From contig OX337228.1 in the NCBI GenBank assembly GCA_946965045.2, positions 3,658,001 through 3,722,000 of the forward strand: 64,000 nt of DNA, in the 5' to 3' direction. The DNA is from Epithemia pelagica (Eukaryota > Protista > Bacillariophyta). The notes under the pieces are model-generated. The model was not told the origin of the DNA and did not search any database. It saw only the letters and a list, made by a program, of their open reading frames with translations. Position numbers and translations under genes: made by a program. This document shows positions 35,383 to 47,394 of this stretch, piece after piece; the first letter of the stretch is position 1; each line of letters begins with the position of its first letter.

Positions 35383-37136
35383 TTATGCCACGGCCCGTTT
35401 GGTGTATTGAATGCGACAATCTCCCTTGGGTCCCACCACCATATCGTCGTATCCAATGTCAGGCATATTGGGAGCGACACGTTGAATGTTGTATTCGCGG
35501 AACATGATGGACAAAATGGTCTTGACTTGCAAAAAGGCAAAATTTTGTCCCATACAACTGTGCATACCACCGCCAAAGCCCAAATAGGAATAGGGTCGCT
35601 TGTGTTCTTCCCGCGGTGCCGCAAACCGATCCGGGTCAAAGTCGTCCGGATTGGGAAAGGTTGATTTCAAACGCATGGATACAGTGGGACTGACACAAAC
35701 AAAGTCTCCCTTGGGAATGACATAGTTTTGATTTTGGACCGTAATGGGGATATCCACTTCGGCGCGTCGGAGAATCATGATAAAGGTGGGGCACAATCTC
35801 AAGGCTTCTCGCATACAATTGTGCAAATACTCCATTTGTTGCAAATCATCGTAGGTCAACGTCTTGCCCATGTTCTTGTTCAAGACTTGTTCTTGTTCGG
35901 CCAAGACACGATCCAACACCTTACCGTCATTGGCAATAAAGAGGGAGGTCCAGGTACTGCTAATGCAACTGGTATGTTGTCCGGCAAACAAGAGGGCAAT
36001 CAACAAACCCGTAACTTGCTCGTCTGTAATAGGTGTACCATCCTTGTACTTGATATCCATAAAGAGCGACAAGATATCGGTTCCATCCGAGCGTTCCGGA
36101 TTTTGCCTACGCTCTTGAATGACCTTTCCAAACAATCGCACCATTTCTTCACGAGCCGCATTGCGTTTGCGATGCGCCTCCGTGGGAGCATTGGGCCAAA
36201 AGACTGTGACAGGCGTCAAACCATGATCCAAATCGTGGTACAATTCCTGAACTTCCTTAAAAATGTGCGTTCGGACATCTTCGCCATGCAAACAACGCGA
36301 GGCCGTCAGAATGGTCAATTCGGACAAGGACGTCAACAAATCCACTTCGCCAGATTCGCCGGTCCAATGCTGGCTCAAATACTTGCGAGTTTCATCTTCA
36401 ATCTTTGCGACATAGGCCTATGTATCCGACAATGAGCAGTGATCAATATCAAGAGAAGGAACAACAAACACACAAGCCGGGACCAAACATGGACGTGTCA
36501 GCGAACGCACAGAACCAACGGATTTCGTTTGACCACACACATCTTTAGAGCCATTGAAACTTCTTACCTTAAGACGTGAGGCACGCAATCCATTGGCCAT
36601 GGTTTGGAATTGAACCTGACGATTCTTTTTGGTGGCATCGTAGACAATGCCTTGTCCAAAGACGGGTTGCATAAAATCGTACACTTCATTTTGCGACAAG
36701 ACATCGTCCGATGCCTTGAAAAACAACTCTTGCGCTTCCGGTCCCACCAAAAAGGTTAAACGTTTATGAAAAATCTATAAACAACAATAACATCAAGTGT
36801 TGGTGAGAGGTCCTGATCGACGTCGGTCGACACGGTGGAGATGGAAGTATCCTTTCGACAAAGGCAACGTACCGGAATGGTAAAGACCGATCCGATATCT
36901 TGACAACACCGCTTCACCATGGTATTGGGAGACTTGAAAAACTCGCCCAAAACACCAATAAAAGGAAGGGGAACAACGGGCGACGACGTGACGGTCGGTG
37001 GTGCATTCTTGCCACCGGTGCGTGGACGCAGCAAGAAGACATAAAACAAGATACTGCTCACAAAGCAGACTGTCACACTACCCACAAGGAGGGGAGACGA
37101 TTCCAAGGTGGACAACAACATGCTGGTGGTCGACAT
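35383..37136 (-). CDS. CYP51: Sterol 14-alpha-demethylase, 501 aa, 3 exons (37136-36873, 36774-36568, 36417-35383)
   Basis: N-terminal TM anchor; PVFGQGIVYD; I-helix LIALLFAGQHTS; EALR (ExxR); PDRF; heme motif FGGGMHSCMG. Both introns are phase 0 and GT-AG. Confidence 0.93.
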
Positions 37137-37612
37137 GACACCAAAAAGATTCTCCAAAGGACAACCACAACAACACACCAAAGAGGAGAGGCCAATGTGA
37201 AAATGAGCAGTGCAGAAATGGACAAATTGGCAATTGGCGCATTTGCCGTTATCTCGCAGTACTCTTTCCCCCATAGCATCATTCAAATCCCGGGCGATAC
37301 AGTTCAGATTTCTACCCTCGCAAAATGGCGCGGGTTCTCATCCTGAACCGCGCACAAGGTGTTTCCAAGATCTGTCTGAATCCGGACGCACGACGTACGC
37401 TGGCTACCCCCATGTCAAAGGTCTACTGTGTCCATCTTCTACGCCTAGGAGTAGGGGAGTAGGAGTAATCCACAAGTACTACTAGTTGCTCCTTCATGTT
37501 CGAGAGGAAGAGATTGAAAGAAACTGTAATGGTGACACAACTTACTTTGTCTTTATACTGGTAACCAAAGATCCCTCGGGTCGGATCTCGTATGTTCCAT
37601 CCTTTTCTCTCT

Positions 37613-39901
37613 CTAGACGGACACGGCCGCAAAGGTGACATGAGGTTCTTTGCAAACGGGACAAACACACGACTCTTGATCTCCCAATCGAATCGCACAG
37701 GTGGCACAAAAACTAAAATGCATGCAGGGAGTTGCAATGTGAGTCCGCTTGCGACTGTGACACACCACACAGGGCGGCAAGGACGACGTGGCCCGAATCA
37801 TGTTGTTGTTGTTGTTGTTGCTGCTACTACTGGAACCTGCTTTGTGACTGGTTCCGTCATGCGTTGTGGGAGCAGGAGGAGCCAGTGGTGGAGGTTGCGT
37901 CGAATGAGATTGTGGAGAGTGGACCAACAAACCCTTGTGCAACCGTTTCGAGGAAGAAGAGGAGGTATTGTCCTGTTGAGGTGTCAACGAGGTGGCTGTG
38001 GTGGCCGAGTCCTTATGGTGATCCTTTTTGCCTCGACCCGTGGAATCATGACCTGAAGACGATGTGGATCGATTGCTTCGTTTGCGAAACATTTTGATAA
38101 TTCCTGAAGTGGTGGACGAGGAGGAGGATGGTGCCCCTGGACCTTGTTGTTGTGATGCTTGTTGTTTGTGGTGATCGTCGGGTTTGAAATTGGTATTCCG
38201 CCACGGATCTACCACGGCAGCATCCACGTCTCCTACAGCTACTGCTTCGTCTCCGGCAGCTGCAGCCGCCGCACCACCACCTTTGCGAAAGGGAGCCGTC
38301 AACAATTGAGCTCCCATTTTGAGTTTGTTGTTATGACTGGAGGAGGACGATTGTTTGACAAGTGGAACAGTTCGATTCGCGGCAGATGCTGTCGGAGGAT
38401 GAGTTTCAGTGGGTGGGTTTGATGCGTGAGAAGAATTCGCGGCAGGAATAGCTGGTGGTTGTTGTTGTTTCTCGGCATGCGCTTGTTGCTTTTCCGCTTG
38501 TCGTTGTCGATACCATTTGCGGGCATCGTGTCCATGTTTCCAGGCATCAAAGGGATCGGTCGGTTGTTCTTGTTTGAGCAATTCTCGAAAGGTATCCTTT
38601 TCGTGTCTCGACAAGCCGGCTTCGGTCAATCGAATGGCACCTGGTGAAGCACAACGTTCTACCAAATCTCGATCCGACGTTCCCTTGGGATGGAGCACAT
38701 AATCATTATTGTTACCATACGAGGACTCCGAGGATTCGTCCCGGACATCGGCCGCGATGGCATGATGTAATCCAATATCTTGATAAAAATCCAATTCAAA
38801 GCCAGTTCCTTCTTCATCTTCAGAATAGGAAAAGGAGTAAATGGAGCCACTGTCATCGTCCTGGTTGTTTCTGGAGGTTGTGGCCTTGGGACCTCGCAAG
38901 GCGACAACGTCACCAAATTCGAAGCGATATTGTGGATTTGTCGTGGAAGATGGTTTACTGCTAGGATTGACAATACTGGGCTCCGGACGAGCACGACGAC
39001 TGGCACCTCCTCGTCGTCGAGGGGACCGCCGCGATCGTCCTCCTCCCGTCTCGGACGGAGCGACTGCAGGTTTGCTCCTGGAAGGATCTGACGGACTGTT
39101 GTCATCGTCCACCAACAAGGCCTTGCTCAAATCCAATACCTTGACCGGCAACGGCGAACTACTGGTACTTTGGTCTTCGTCACCATCATCATTGCTTTCC
39201 AAAGAAAAGCGACGCACCACGGCATGTCCTCCCGATCCTTGTTCTGTGGCTTGTCTCCACAGGGGCCCCGATTCTTGAATTGGATCGGTTGGAGAAGCCT
39301 CGGGTGGAAGGGTTTTGGATGTAGGAGACAATGGATTGTGCTGGTGTTGTTGCAATGAGTCGGAGGCAGATGCATCGCCAAAGCCCTCTGCCTCTTCCAT
39401 GGGAACAAATCGTGATACCACAACAGGGGGTGGCCTTCGTCGAGTGCGTGGATTTCGGCCGCTGCCCATGAGAACCGTCGAAGCGGTCGACCGGCCAGTG
39501 ACCGTGGCGGTGGTGGCAGCACAGGTATTGTTGCTGCTGGGATTGTTGTTTTGCTGAGTGGTACGACGAGCCGTACTTTCTTGTTCTCCTTCTCCTCCTT
39601 TGTTTGTCCATCGTGTCGTGGTATCTTCATCGGTAGACAAGACCGCTGTACTTCCACCCGTGAGATAATAACAGGGACCGGCCATCAAGCTACTACTACT
39701 TCCAGCACCTTCGTATCCACCCGTTTTGTTGGAACTGTGCAATACCACAGCCGATTCCCCCAAACTGGACGAATCCGCTGTCAACATGCCACTGCTGCTT
39801 CTTCTTGTTTGAGGAGTGTCCGTGCTGTTCCGGCCGTCCCAGGCATGGACTTTGGAAGTTTCACTCCGACTGCTTCGACAGAAGGGAGGCACTTTCATCA
39901 T
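37613..39901 (-). CDS. C-terminal RING (zf-C3HC4_3-like) protein with a long low-complexity region, 762 aa
   Basis: CVVCHSRKRTHIATPCMHFSFCATCA...CPVC at the C-terminus. Confidence 0.8.
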   Translation of the reverse strand: MMKVPPFCRSSRSETSKVHAWDGRNSTDTPQTRRSSSGMLTADSSSLGESAVVLHSSNKTGGYEGAGSSSSLMAGPCYYLTGGSTAVLSTDEDTTTRWTNKGGEGEQESTARRTTQQNNNPSSNNTCAATTATVTGRSTASTVLMGSGRNPRTRRRPPPVVVSRFVPMEEAEGFGDASASDSLQQHQHNPLSPTSKTLPPEASPTDPIQESGPLWRQATEQGSGGHAVVRRFSLESNDDGDEDQSTSSSPLPVKVLDLSKALLVDDDNSPSDPSRSKPAVAPSETGGGRSRRSPRRRGGASRRARPEPSIVNPSSKPSSTTNPQYRFEFGDVVALRGPKATTSRNNQDDDSGSIYSFSYSEDEEGTGFELDFYQDIGLHHAIAADVRDESSESSYGNNNDYVLHPKGTSDRDLVERCASPGAIRLTEAGLSRHEKDTFRELLKQEQPTDPFDAWKHGHDARKWYRQRQAEKQQAHAEKQQQPPAIPAANSSHASNPPTETHPPTASAANRTVPLVKQSSSSSHNNKLKMGAQLLTAPFRKGGGAAAAAAGDEAVAVGDVDAAVVDPWRNTNFKPDDHHKQQASQQQGPGAPSSSSSTTSGIIKMFRKRSNRSTSSSGHDSTGRGKKDHHKDSATTATSLTPQQDNTSSSSSKRLHKGLLVHSPQSHSTQPPPLAPPAPTTHDGTSHKAGSSSSSNNNNNNMIRATSSLPPCVVCHSRKRTHIATPCMHFSFCATCAIRLGDQESCVCPVCKEPHVTFAAVSV

Positions 39902-41669
39902 GCTCTTTTTTCTTCAACAACAAGGTAAAATGTTGAGTGTTTAAGGGCAACAAAGTCGTGGAAGAAGCCTTTGGTTTGAAAATTTGACACTCAATTTGAG
40001 AGATAAAGACTAGCAGACTCAATCAGACAGTCATTCGTCGTTCCCATCCAATTTGAGGAGTGTTGGGTGAGTGTCTGGCTGGCTGAATGTTTTTGTTGTG
40101 GTTGTGATGCCTAGAGGTAGTGACACTAGGAAACCTCTCAAAGAGCAAGAAGGCAATCTCGAATCACTTGGAAATTCAGACGGTTCGATTCCAACAACGG
40201 CAACGAGGCGGAGGAGGACCTAAAAATTGAATGTTGCCACTTTGTGGTCCGTCTCGGTGTGCTGGAATGGCTCACTTTTCTCGAAAGTTTCGAGGTTCGA
40301 GATCGAGACGGCGTCCTCTGGAGAGAATTGTTGGGATGTTGTTGAGGAGATTGTTTGGGTGGACTGCTCTCTTGGTGGTAGTTTTGGCCTCGACAGAACG
40401 CCGGCCACACATAGTAGTAGTAGGAGTGTCGGGCGATGCGAGATGCGAGAGACGCTTCTGTGAACAGGAGTTGTCGGAGTCGAATCACGCACGACGGATC
40501 GACCATGATCTGACCCGACGGGTATCAAACGATCGATCGACGATCGACCCCAAACGACGAATTAAACCAATACAGTCAGTACGACTTTTCGTCATCTTCA
40601 AGTCTGACCCGTTCCGAAAATGCATGTGCTTTGTCCACAAACTTGTCGAGGTCTTGTCGAAGGCAGAAACGTCATCGCCCCCACAACACGACCAATCCCC
40701 CACAGTACACTTTTGCTTAGTCCATTACAAACAATCGCACACTCCCCAATGGTGTTCCATTCGAGCAATAGCCATGGCATTCACGATTTGCGACAGCCCG
40801 GACACGAATGAGCCGTTCGAGCATACTCATCCCTTTGGACGGCTTTTTCCGTTGGTCCTGGTCGTGCCAATTGGATTACAACGAACTCGGCCGACGGGCT
40901 TGGCACAAAGATGGATGGGTTCCAACTTCCAACGAAATTTCCTCAAGCCTGGCGGCATTCCCTAAAGAAGAGTACTACTCACAGGAACACAACCAGCTTC
41001 TCACCATGGGAGCAACGGTCTCGGAACGACGCAAGAGAAGGCCATGTTCACATTTATTACGGTGACGGCGAAAGGACCGGCGAGCTACCCCAGTCCCCCG
41101 CCTGGTAGCTACAGTCATTCATGTTATTAATAGACTACACAGACACAGCACCCACAGTCCTCCAGTATCACCGCCATTGCAAGTGTCATATGGCTCACGA
41201 TAGTTTTAGGGAGGATGCACAGAATGGGTATGGACCACCAGCAGTCACGTCTCTATCAGCTTAAATTGTTGTCTTGAATCGATACTCCCATCTCCCATAC
41301 CGACATTGAACCGTATCATTCATAGCATTCGTTTCCTTCCTATTATTCATCATCACACATGTGCGAGCCATGGTATCTAAACTCTTCTATCAGGAACATT
41401 GTGAGATATGCGACGGGATGTTGTGGTGGGAGCATGAGACATGAGACAGCGCCCTATTGTATGCCTATTGTATGCTGTGGAGGAAGGAAATGAGTGAGTA
41501 GGTCTATTGTAGCTAGGCAGGTAGGTCATCAGTATAGTCATGGAACTTATCAGCGACCAATCGATTTCTCCCTCCACGGTCCACACACGCAATCTCAATC
41601 TCACGTCTCGCGTCGTTCAAAGAACTTGCAGCGTTTTGTTGCTTCTCTTCTGCATACCAAGTCCATAGA

Positions 41670-44513
41670 GTGTCAACCATGTCTCAAGGTATGGAAGCGA
41701 TGTTGCTGGGAGGGGATTCCTCCGATGAATCCGACGGAGAAAATAACAGCAATAACAAGCCCTCGCAGCCCAAGGCTGCTGCCACATCGGCACCCGTCCC
41801 CGCTGCGGCAAGGCCCGCAACGGTGGCCCCCACACCTTCGGCCGTTCCTCCAGCGACAGCAGCCGCAGCAGATCAATCTGGTATTAGCCGACCACCGTCC
41901 AATATGAGTCAGGCGGATGTCTCGAAGCGACTTCGTTCTCTCTATTCTCCGGCTGCCAACAAAGGTGCTGCAGGTCCGGCTCCGTCCACAACGGCACCCC
42001 CGCAACCAGTGCCCGTGTCTCATCCACCACCGCAACAACAACAACAACAACGTCCTCCACCTCAACAGCAGAAAGCACCGCAACAACACCCAGCAACCCA
42101 GCAACAACAAGGGTATTCCTCATCGTATCGGACTCCTCAACAAGCAATGCGTCCCGTAGCCGGTGGAACCATGCCTGCGCCTCCCGCTTCAACCTCGCGC
42201 GGCTCGTCCATGACTCGTGGTGTGAGTAGTGGTCGTTCGAGTGACCCCTTTGAACCTACGCCTGTCACAAAATTAATGGGCAATGTGAGTAGCGGCAGTG
42301 GTGGAATTGTGCCTCCGCATCACAAGGCTTTGACATCGGTTCCAGGAGGTGTGTCTCATCATCACCATCACCATCATCATGGAAGTGGTGGGACAAGCAC
42401 GAGTCATCATCATCATCATGGTACGAGTGCCTCTTCCAGTCACCATCACAGTTCCTCTCGTGGTCCTGTCGGTGCCACAAGTTCTTCGACCAGTTCGGGC
42501 ATGTCTCTACCGTCGGTGGGTGGAAGCAGTTCGGGTGTACAATCGAGTAGTGCGTCTTCAACACAGCAGCAGCAACAACAACAACAGGAACAAATGCGTC
42601 GCCTTAAAAAGGAAAAAGAAACCTTTCTCATTTTCACGCGAGTATTGCTGAAATATTTGGAACAGAAGGATCCGGTCACCCATCAAAAAGTGAAGGGCAT
42701 TATCAAAGACTGCGCCGAACGGAACAAGCGCCACGTACCAGGCTACGAATCCGTTACGACAAGTATGAAAACCAAGCTCAAGCAAGTTGTGACGGAAGAG
42801 CACTGGCAACGAGCCGAGTCGTACTTGAAGCACTTTTTGCAACAAAAGAACAAATTCAACCAGTCGCAGCATCATTCCCAACAACAACAAGCATCTTCAT
42901 CCAGCTCTCAGGCGTCGAGTAGTGCCGCTACCATGGATCCGTCCAAAGCGGCAGGATCGTCCATCAGTTCCTCGACGGCCAAGGCCGACATGGATCGACA
43001 AAAGCGTGAAAAAATGGCTCAACTTCATAAACAACGCCAAGCGGCGGCCGCAGCGGCAGCGGCCAAAAACACTGGACCAGTCCAGTCCAACCCTCGTTCC
43101 ATTTCGGGTATGCGTAAGGACATTGCCGCCCGAACACAGGCGCTCCAGCAGACAAAGGGAGGCTCATCGGCATCGAGTCAACAACAGCAGACACCACTTC
43201 AGCAGCAGTCGATGGTTCCATCTTCGGCGTCTGCTTCGGCGTCCTCAAAACAGCAGAGAGGCGGTAGTGTTGGTTCTAGTAGTGCCGTGGTGCCCAGTGT
43301 TCCCTCGGCTTCGCCCAGTACAAGCAGTAAAGGGAAGGCTAGTTCGACGTCCAAAGCAAGGGATAATCGAAAGCAAGCTGCAGCAACAACTACAAGCCAG
43401 GGATCTTCATCCGGTATCCAACAGGCGCTTCAACGCAAAGCTTCCTCGTCGCTGGTTGCGAAGGATACGACTGGAGGCTTGGCTTCGTCCAAGGCGTCTG
43501 CACCAGTTGCACCGATACCCCCGGCGGTTGTGAAGGAATATAGCGAGTACATGAACCTGGTGGATCATGCTATGAATCTAGAAGACTGGACGTCTTCCTC
43601 CTTGATTTTGGGACAACAAGCCGCGGCCACGTTGGCTCAAGAGCAAAAGCAACTGCTGTACAGCGACAACAGGAGCAAGCCATTTGCTCCTCTCGACGAG
43701 TCAAACTCAAAGGCCTTCTTTCCACGGCCCGGTTGGAGTCGACGGAATGTATTTAGTACCCGATCCGCCTGGGCTAAGGTACGCTTGCGGGAACGGGCTT
43801 ACGCCAAGCAACAAGGTGGAAATCTCCCCGTGGTCGCTGGAGGACTCTTAACAATTCCTCCACTTCCCAGCAGCAGCAACAAGACTTTGCCTGAGCGCAC
43901 CATGCCAGTGACGTCCTGGTTCAATGAAGACGTTGCCGAAGAGGACAAGACGTTGGCCATTATATCCGAGGCTACGCAAATTTATTTGAAAGAGGTCTTG
44001 CAAAAGGCGGTGCATTGTGCTCGTCAGCGGGAAAATTTGGACGGAATCCGTCTATGGCACCAACAAGTCACTCATCGTCCGTCATCTGGTGGAAAGAAAC
44101 CACCCTTGTCCCTTCGGTTGGGTTGCAATGTGAGTCGTCAACTGGCACAGGCTCAAGGCAATGCTGCCATGACGGTGAAAAGAATGGAACAAGCCTTGGA
44201 GAATCAATCTGATCTCCCGATTCAAAGTCGCACGTTGAACGAGTCCACGTTGATGGAACTAAACTCTCTTCAGGATGCCTCCTTGCGTCCTCGGTTGCGC
44301 AAGGCTGTGGAGGATGCCGATTACCAGGCTAAGCGCAGTTTTGAAGTGTTTGGAGGAAAGGACGAAGCGAGTGGTGAACCACCTTTTGGTCGTGTCCCCA
44401 AGAAGGCCAAACTGCAAATGGTGGATTTCCAAGTGGGCATGAACTTACCAGTCAATTCAAGCTTTCGCAACCGCCACCGAGCCACTGCCACGGGAGCCTT
44501 TTTCTCGTTCTAA
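41670..44513 (+). CDS. TAF4-like protein: low-complexity N-terminus, a helical central domain and a C-terminal histone-fold-like region
   Basis: 947-aa ORF. LAIISEATQIYLKEVLQKAVHCARQR resembles the TAF4 histone fold. Central ETFLIFTRVLLKYLEQKD...HWQRAESYL domain; poly-Q/H/S tracts. Confidence 0.6.
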   Translation: MSTMSQGMEAMLLGGDSSDESDGENNSNNKPSQPKAAATSAPVPAAARPATVAPTPSAVPPATAAAADQSGISRPPSNMSQADVSKRLRSLYSPAANKGAAGPAPSTTAPPQPVPVSHPPPQQQQQQRPPPQQQKAPQQHPATQQQQGYSSSYRTPQQAMRPVAGGTMPAPPASTSRGSSMTRGVSSGRSSDPFEPTPVTKLMGNVSSGSGGIVPPHHKALTSVPGGVSHHHHHHHHGSGGTSTSHHHHHGTSASSSHHHSSSRGPVGATSSSTSSGMSLPSVGGSSSGVQSSSASSTQQQQQQQQEQMRRLKKEKETFLIFTRVLLKYLEQKDPVTHQKVKGIIKDCAERNKRHVPGYESVTTSMKTKLKQVVTEEHWQRAESYLKHFLQQKNKFNQSQHHSQQQQASSSSSQASSSAATMDPSKAAGSSISSSTAKADMDRQKREKMAQLHKQRQAAAAAAAAKNTGPVQSNPRSISGMRKDIAARTQALQQTKGGSSASSQQQQTPLQQQSMVPSSASASASSKQQRGGSVGSSSAVVPSVPSASPSTSSKGKASSTSKARDNRKQAAATTTSQGSSSGIQQALQRKASSSLVAKDTTGGLASSKASAPVAPIPPAVVKEYSEYMNLVDHAMNLEDWTSSSLILGQQAAATLAQEQKQLLYSDNRSKPFAPLDESNSKAFFPRPGWSRRNVFSTRSAWAKVRLRERAYAKQQGGNLPVVAGGLLTIPPLPSSSNKTLPERTMPVTSWFNEDVAEEDKTLAIISEATQIYLKEVLQKAVHCARQRENLDGIRLWHQQVTHRPSSGGKKPPLSLRLGCNVSRQLAQAQGNAAMTVKRMEQALENQSDLPIQSRTLNESTLMELNSLQDASLRPRLRKAVEDADYQAKRSFEVFGGKDEASGEPPFGRVPKKAKLQMVDFQVGMNLPVNSSFRNRHRATATGAFFSF

Positions 44514-44960
44514 GATACACCTAACAATTTGAATTTCTGGACAGTCATGCCTCGGCCCGTTTCAACAGACGCATATTTCTAAGGGTCTGCTTCCTGCAAG
44601 AGTCTATTGATTCTTTGTTCGCGGTGATTGATGGGTTCCTGGTGACTTACGTTTTCCATATTTCTCGCTACTACGTTCTGCCTGCTGACAACGGTCAATG
44701 GCACTTAGATTGGAATGACGCTTTTCTGATTTTAGTAGCATTATCAATTCAGGAGTAATCATATCGCTACTCTAGCGTCATTGAAAGCCAAGGTCTCACG
44801 CGCTAGGTTTCTTCTCAGAGTTACGGGACCGGTACTACTACAATGGACTCCACACGAACTTTCTACTTTGCGAAGAACCAGATGATTGTCATACGCCCCT
44901 TGCATCCACCGAAGAGATGCATTTCATATGCATCTATCGGTTTCAAGTGAAGGGATTTGT

Positions 44961-46568
44961 CTACACCATAATGTATAGAGGAGGCCGCGGGTTCACGGCA
45001 AGGACATAAATGGTGGGAATGGCCAGGGCGGAGGCCTCCAGGTACCCTGCAAGGGTCCACAAGTGTTCGTCGGCTTGTGGAATAACGTCCTTGGCTCCTC
45101 CTCCAATGCCTGGTTGCGGCGGAGATTTCTTGGAGACGAGGAAATTCCATTCCTCTCGTCCTTGCGGCAAGTCCCAACAACGCCGAGAGACTTGTTCTTC
45201 CACCAGTCCTCGACACCATGCCAAATCGCATCGAGAGGGCAGCAACACAGTCGTATCTAAGATGGCCGTGAGGTGGCTTCTTGGGTCCACTTTGTAGCCA
45301 TAGCGGTTGTGGGACCCAAACACTAGAAGCTTGTACGAATCCCGTGCTTGGAACAGGGTAGCTGGAATGCGGACTGAGACAGGTTTGTCCATTTTACAAG
45401 TTTCAGGAGGAGCTGGATGGTTTTGAACTTGAATTTTTCGATTCGGAGAAGGCCGAGCTGGTGAAGCGACCGGGGCATGTGGTTCATAATCGCTATCATC
45501 GCTGTCGTCGTTGTGGGTGCTGTCGGTATCATGGCCTTGGTCGTGCTTGAAGATAGTGTCCGAAGGATGCTTCTTGGATGCATCTCCTGGCTTGACCGAG
45601 GCGACATTTTGGGTTCCATGATCATGATGGAATTGGGTTTTACCAGCATGGTCAGTGTTGCAACCGTCCTTGTCGCTGCTCCGAATCATGCTTCTCAATC
45701 GTTGGACGCGAGTAAAACAAAACTCGGCAATCTGATCGGGGTCTGTGATATGAATCCATTTCATGGTACGGGTATTGCAAGACAGTTTGCCTCGGCCGTC
45801 CTTTGAGGTTGTGATGGTCGTAGTCCCGTCCGAGGGTATGACGGACACTCGTTTGAGGAATCGTCGCGCGACACCCATGTGTTGGTGAATCCGTCGCACG
45901 ACATTTTGGCGCGTCAGGAAACCTTCCGTTTCTTCACGCTTTGTCGAGCCTTTCGATGGGCGGCCCCTCTTGCGCTTCAGTGGAGCTTGGCGCGCCAGCT
46001 TCATGCATGCCTCATGAAAGGATTGATAACCAGGGCCGTTTTGCAAGGTTGATTCCATACGACCCACCACAATGGGAATGTCGTCCGGGCTACATGTCAT
46101 GATGAAAGGATCATTCCCGTCGGTTTTTTCTGTTTCTTCTTGTTGTGGTGGAGGAACGTTGATGGTGATTGTGGATGTGGCTTGTGTGGTGTCTTGGATG
46201 AAAGCTGTTTTCTCGGGCGGGACTGGCTTCTTTCTGGCTCTCGTCAGTGGGGACGTGGGTGGTCGTCGTTTCTTGGGACGGGAGGAGGAAGACTCTTTCG
46301 GAATGGTGCGAATGACTCTGGGGCGATTGGAATGTTTGTAAAGCCATTGATGATGATGCATTCGTAGCACGGTGTTGATCTGTTGGTTCCGACTGGAGGC
46401 GCCTGCTGGTTGCGGTTCGGCTGGTGGCTCAAGTGTTGGTGGTGGCAGGTGTTTCGAGGGTGACGACTTTGGGCCTGGTAGAGGTGGTTGGAGGGATCGT
46501 GTGACAAACCTCCGTTGTGGTTGAATGGGACCAATTTGCTTCTTCATCATGATGCGTCTTTGGTACAT
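44961..46568 (-). CDS. Hypothetical nuclear protein with an AT-hook and a DUF6824-like segment
   Basis: 535-aa ORF; KRKRGRPSK (AT-hook); SFHEAC...RQNVVRRIHQHMGVARRFLKR pattern recalled from diatom DUF6824-type proteins and not searched. Confidence 0.55.
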   Translation of the reverse strand: MYQRRIMMKKQIGPIQPQRRFVTRSLQPPLPGPKSSPSKHLPPPTLEPPAEPQPAGASSRNQQINTVLRMHHHQWLYKHSNRPRVIRTIPKESSSSRPKKRRPPTSPLTRARKKPVPPEKTAFIQDTTQATSTITINVPPPQQEETEKTDGNDPFIMTCSPDDIPIVVGRMESTLQNGPGYQSFHEACMKLARQAPLKRKRGRPSKGSTKREETEGFLTRQNVVRRIHQHMGVARRFLKRVSVIPSDGTTTITTSKDGRGKLSCNTRTMKWIHITDPDQIAEFCFTRVQRLRSMIRSSDKDGCNTDHAGKTQFHHDHGTQNVASVKPGDASKKHPSDTIFKHDQGHDTDSTHNDDSDDSDYEPHAPVASPARPSPNRKIQVQNHPAPPETCKMDKPVSVRIPATLFQARDSYKLLVFGSHNRYGYKVDPRSHLTAILDTTVLLPSRCDLAWCRGLVEEQVSRRCWDLPQGREEWNFLVSKKSPPQPGIGGGAKDVIPQADEHLWTLAGYLEASALAIPTIYVLAVNPRPPLYIMV

Positions 46569-47090
46569 GATGATGCCGAGACTATCAATCAGTTGCTGTT
46601 ACGAATAGGTGTTGTACTGGTACTGTCGCAATTGGGCGAGAGAAAAGGAGAAGTGGAATCATCAAGTAAATAATAGATTCTTCATGTGACTGTTCCTTTT
46701 GTCCCAGATGGAGGCGCCGGGACCTGATTTCTATACGGTAGTCCTTGTGACAAAGCGCGTCCTCGCCTCTACCTAGATCGACTTTCCCTCGCATGTGGCG
46801 GAGCATTGGTGCGCGCGTGAGACACGGGGCATTAGGAGGAGTGGGGCAATGTGCCTGCAGGAGTGGAGGTGGAGGTCATACGGAAAATGACCCCTTGCTT
46901 GCGGCGGGATCACCACCACCAATAATCTCTACGATCTACTTGTCTACCAACCTACGACAGCGCAGTGAAATGTTGAGTGATGGGAGAAGCCTGGGTAGTC
47001 CTGTCCCGCCTATGTCCAACAGCTCCCAAGACACGCCATGTCCATGTAGGAGATAGGATTAGAGTTAGAGTGTGTTGTGCCAAAGTTTGC

Positions 47091-47104
47091 TACTCCTAGG
47101 AGTA
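47091..47104. promoter_or_regulatory. Perfect palindrome TACTCCTAGGAGTA, about 290 bp after the stop of the 47395 gene
   Basis: Exact second copy of the 10608 palindrome, again intergenic. Confidence 0.45.
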
Positions 47105-47394
47105 AACTTATCACGAAACATAGGACAGTCTATGGAAAGGCATTCCCGATTCTCCCTGTTTTCCAGATAACTTCGTGGAACTGTCCGGTCGTCCATTCGA
47201 CAACTGCGGACCTCTGGATTGGTCGAATGGAACTGGCTAGTTCTTCTCCATTGAAAAGACACGACGATTTGGGAAGGGAGGACGAAGTGACTTGAGCTAC
47301 ACGACATATGATATTCTAGCTGGCGAAATATTAGGTGCATGTCCACGGCCTACCAAGAATAATCATCACCCTACCACTGTATAGTTGCGTTCCT

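Noticed and set aside
40138-41108. 244-aa ORF (40231-40965) and overlapping short ORFs as a gene
   Set aside because: No recognisable motif, composition unlike neighbouring genes and no convincing splice model. Left uncalled, though a degenerate gene cannot be excluded.
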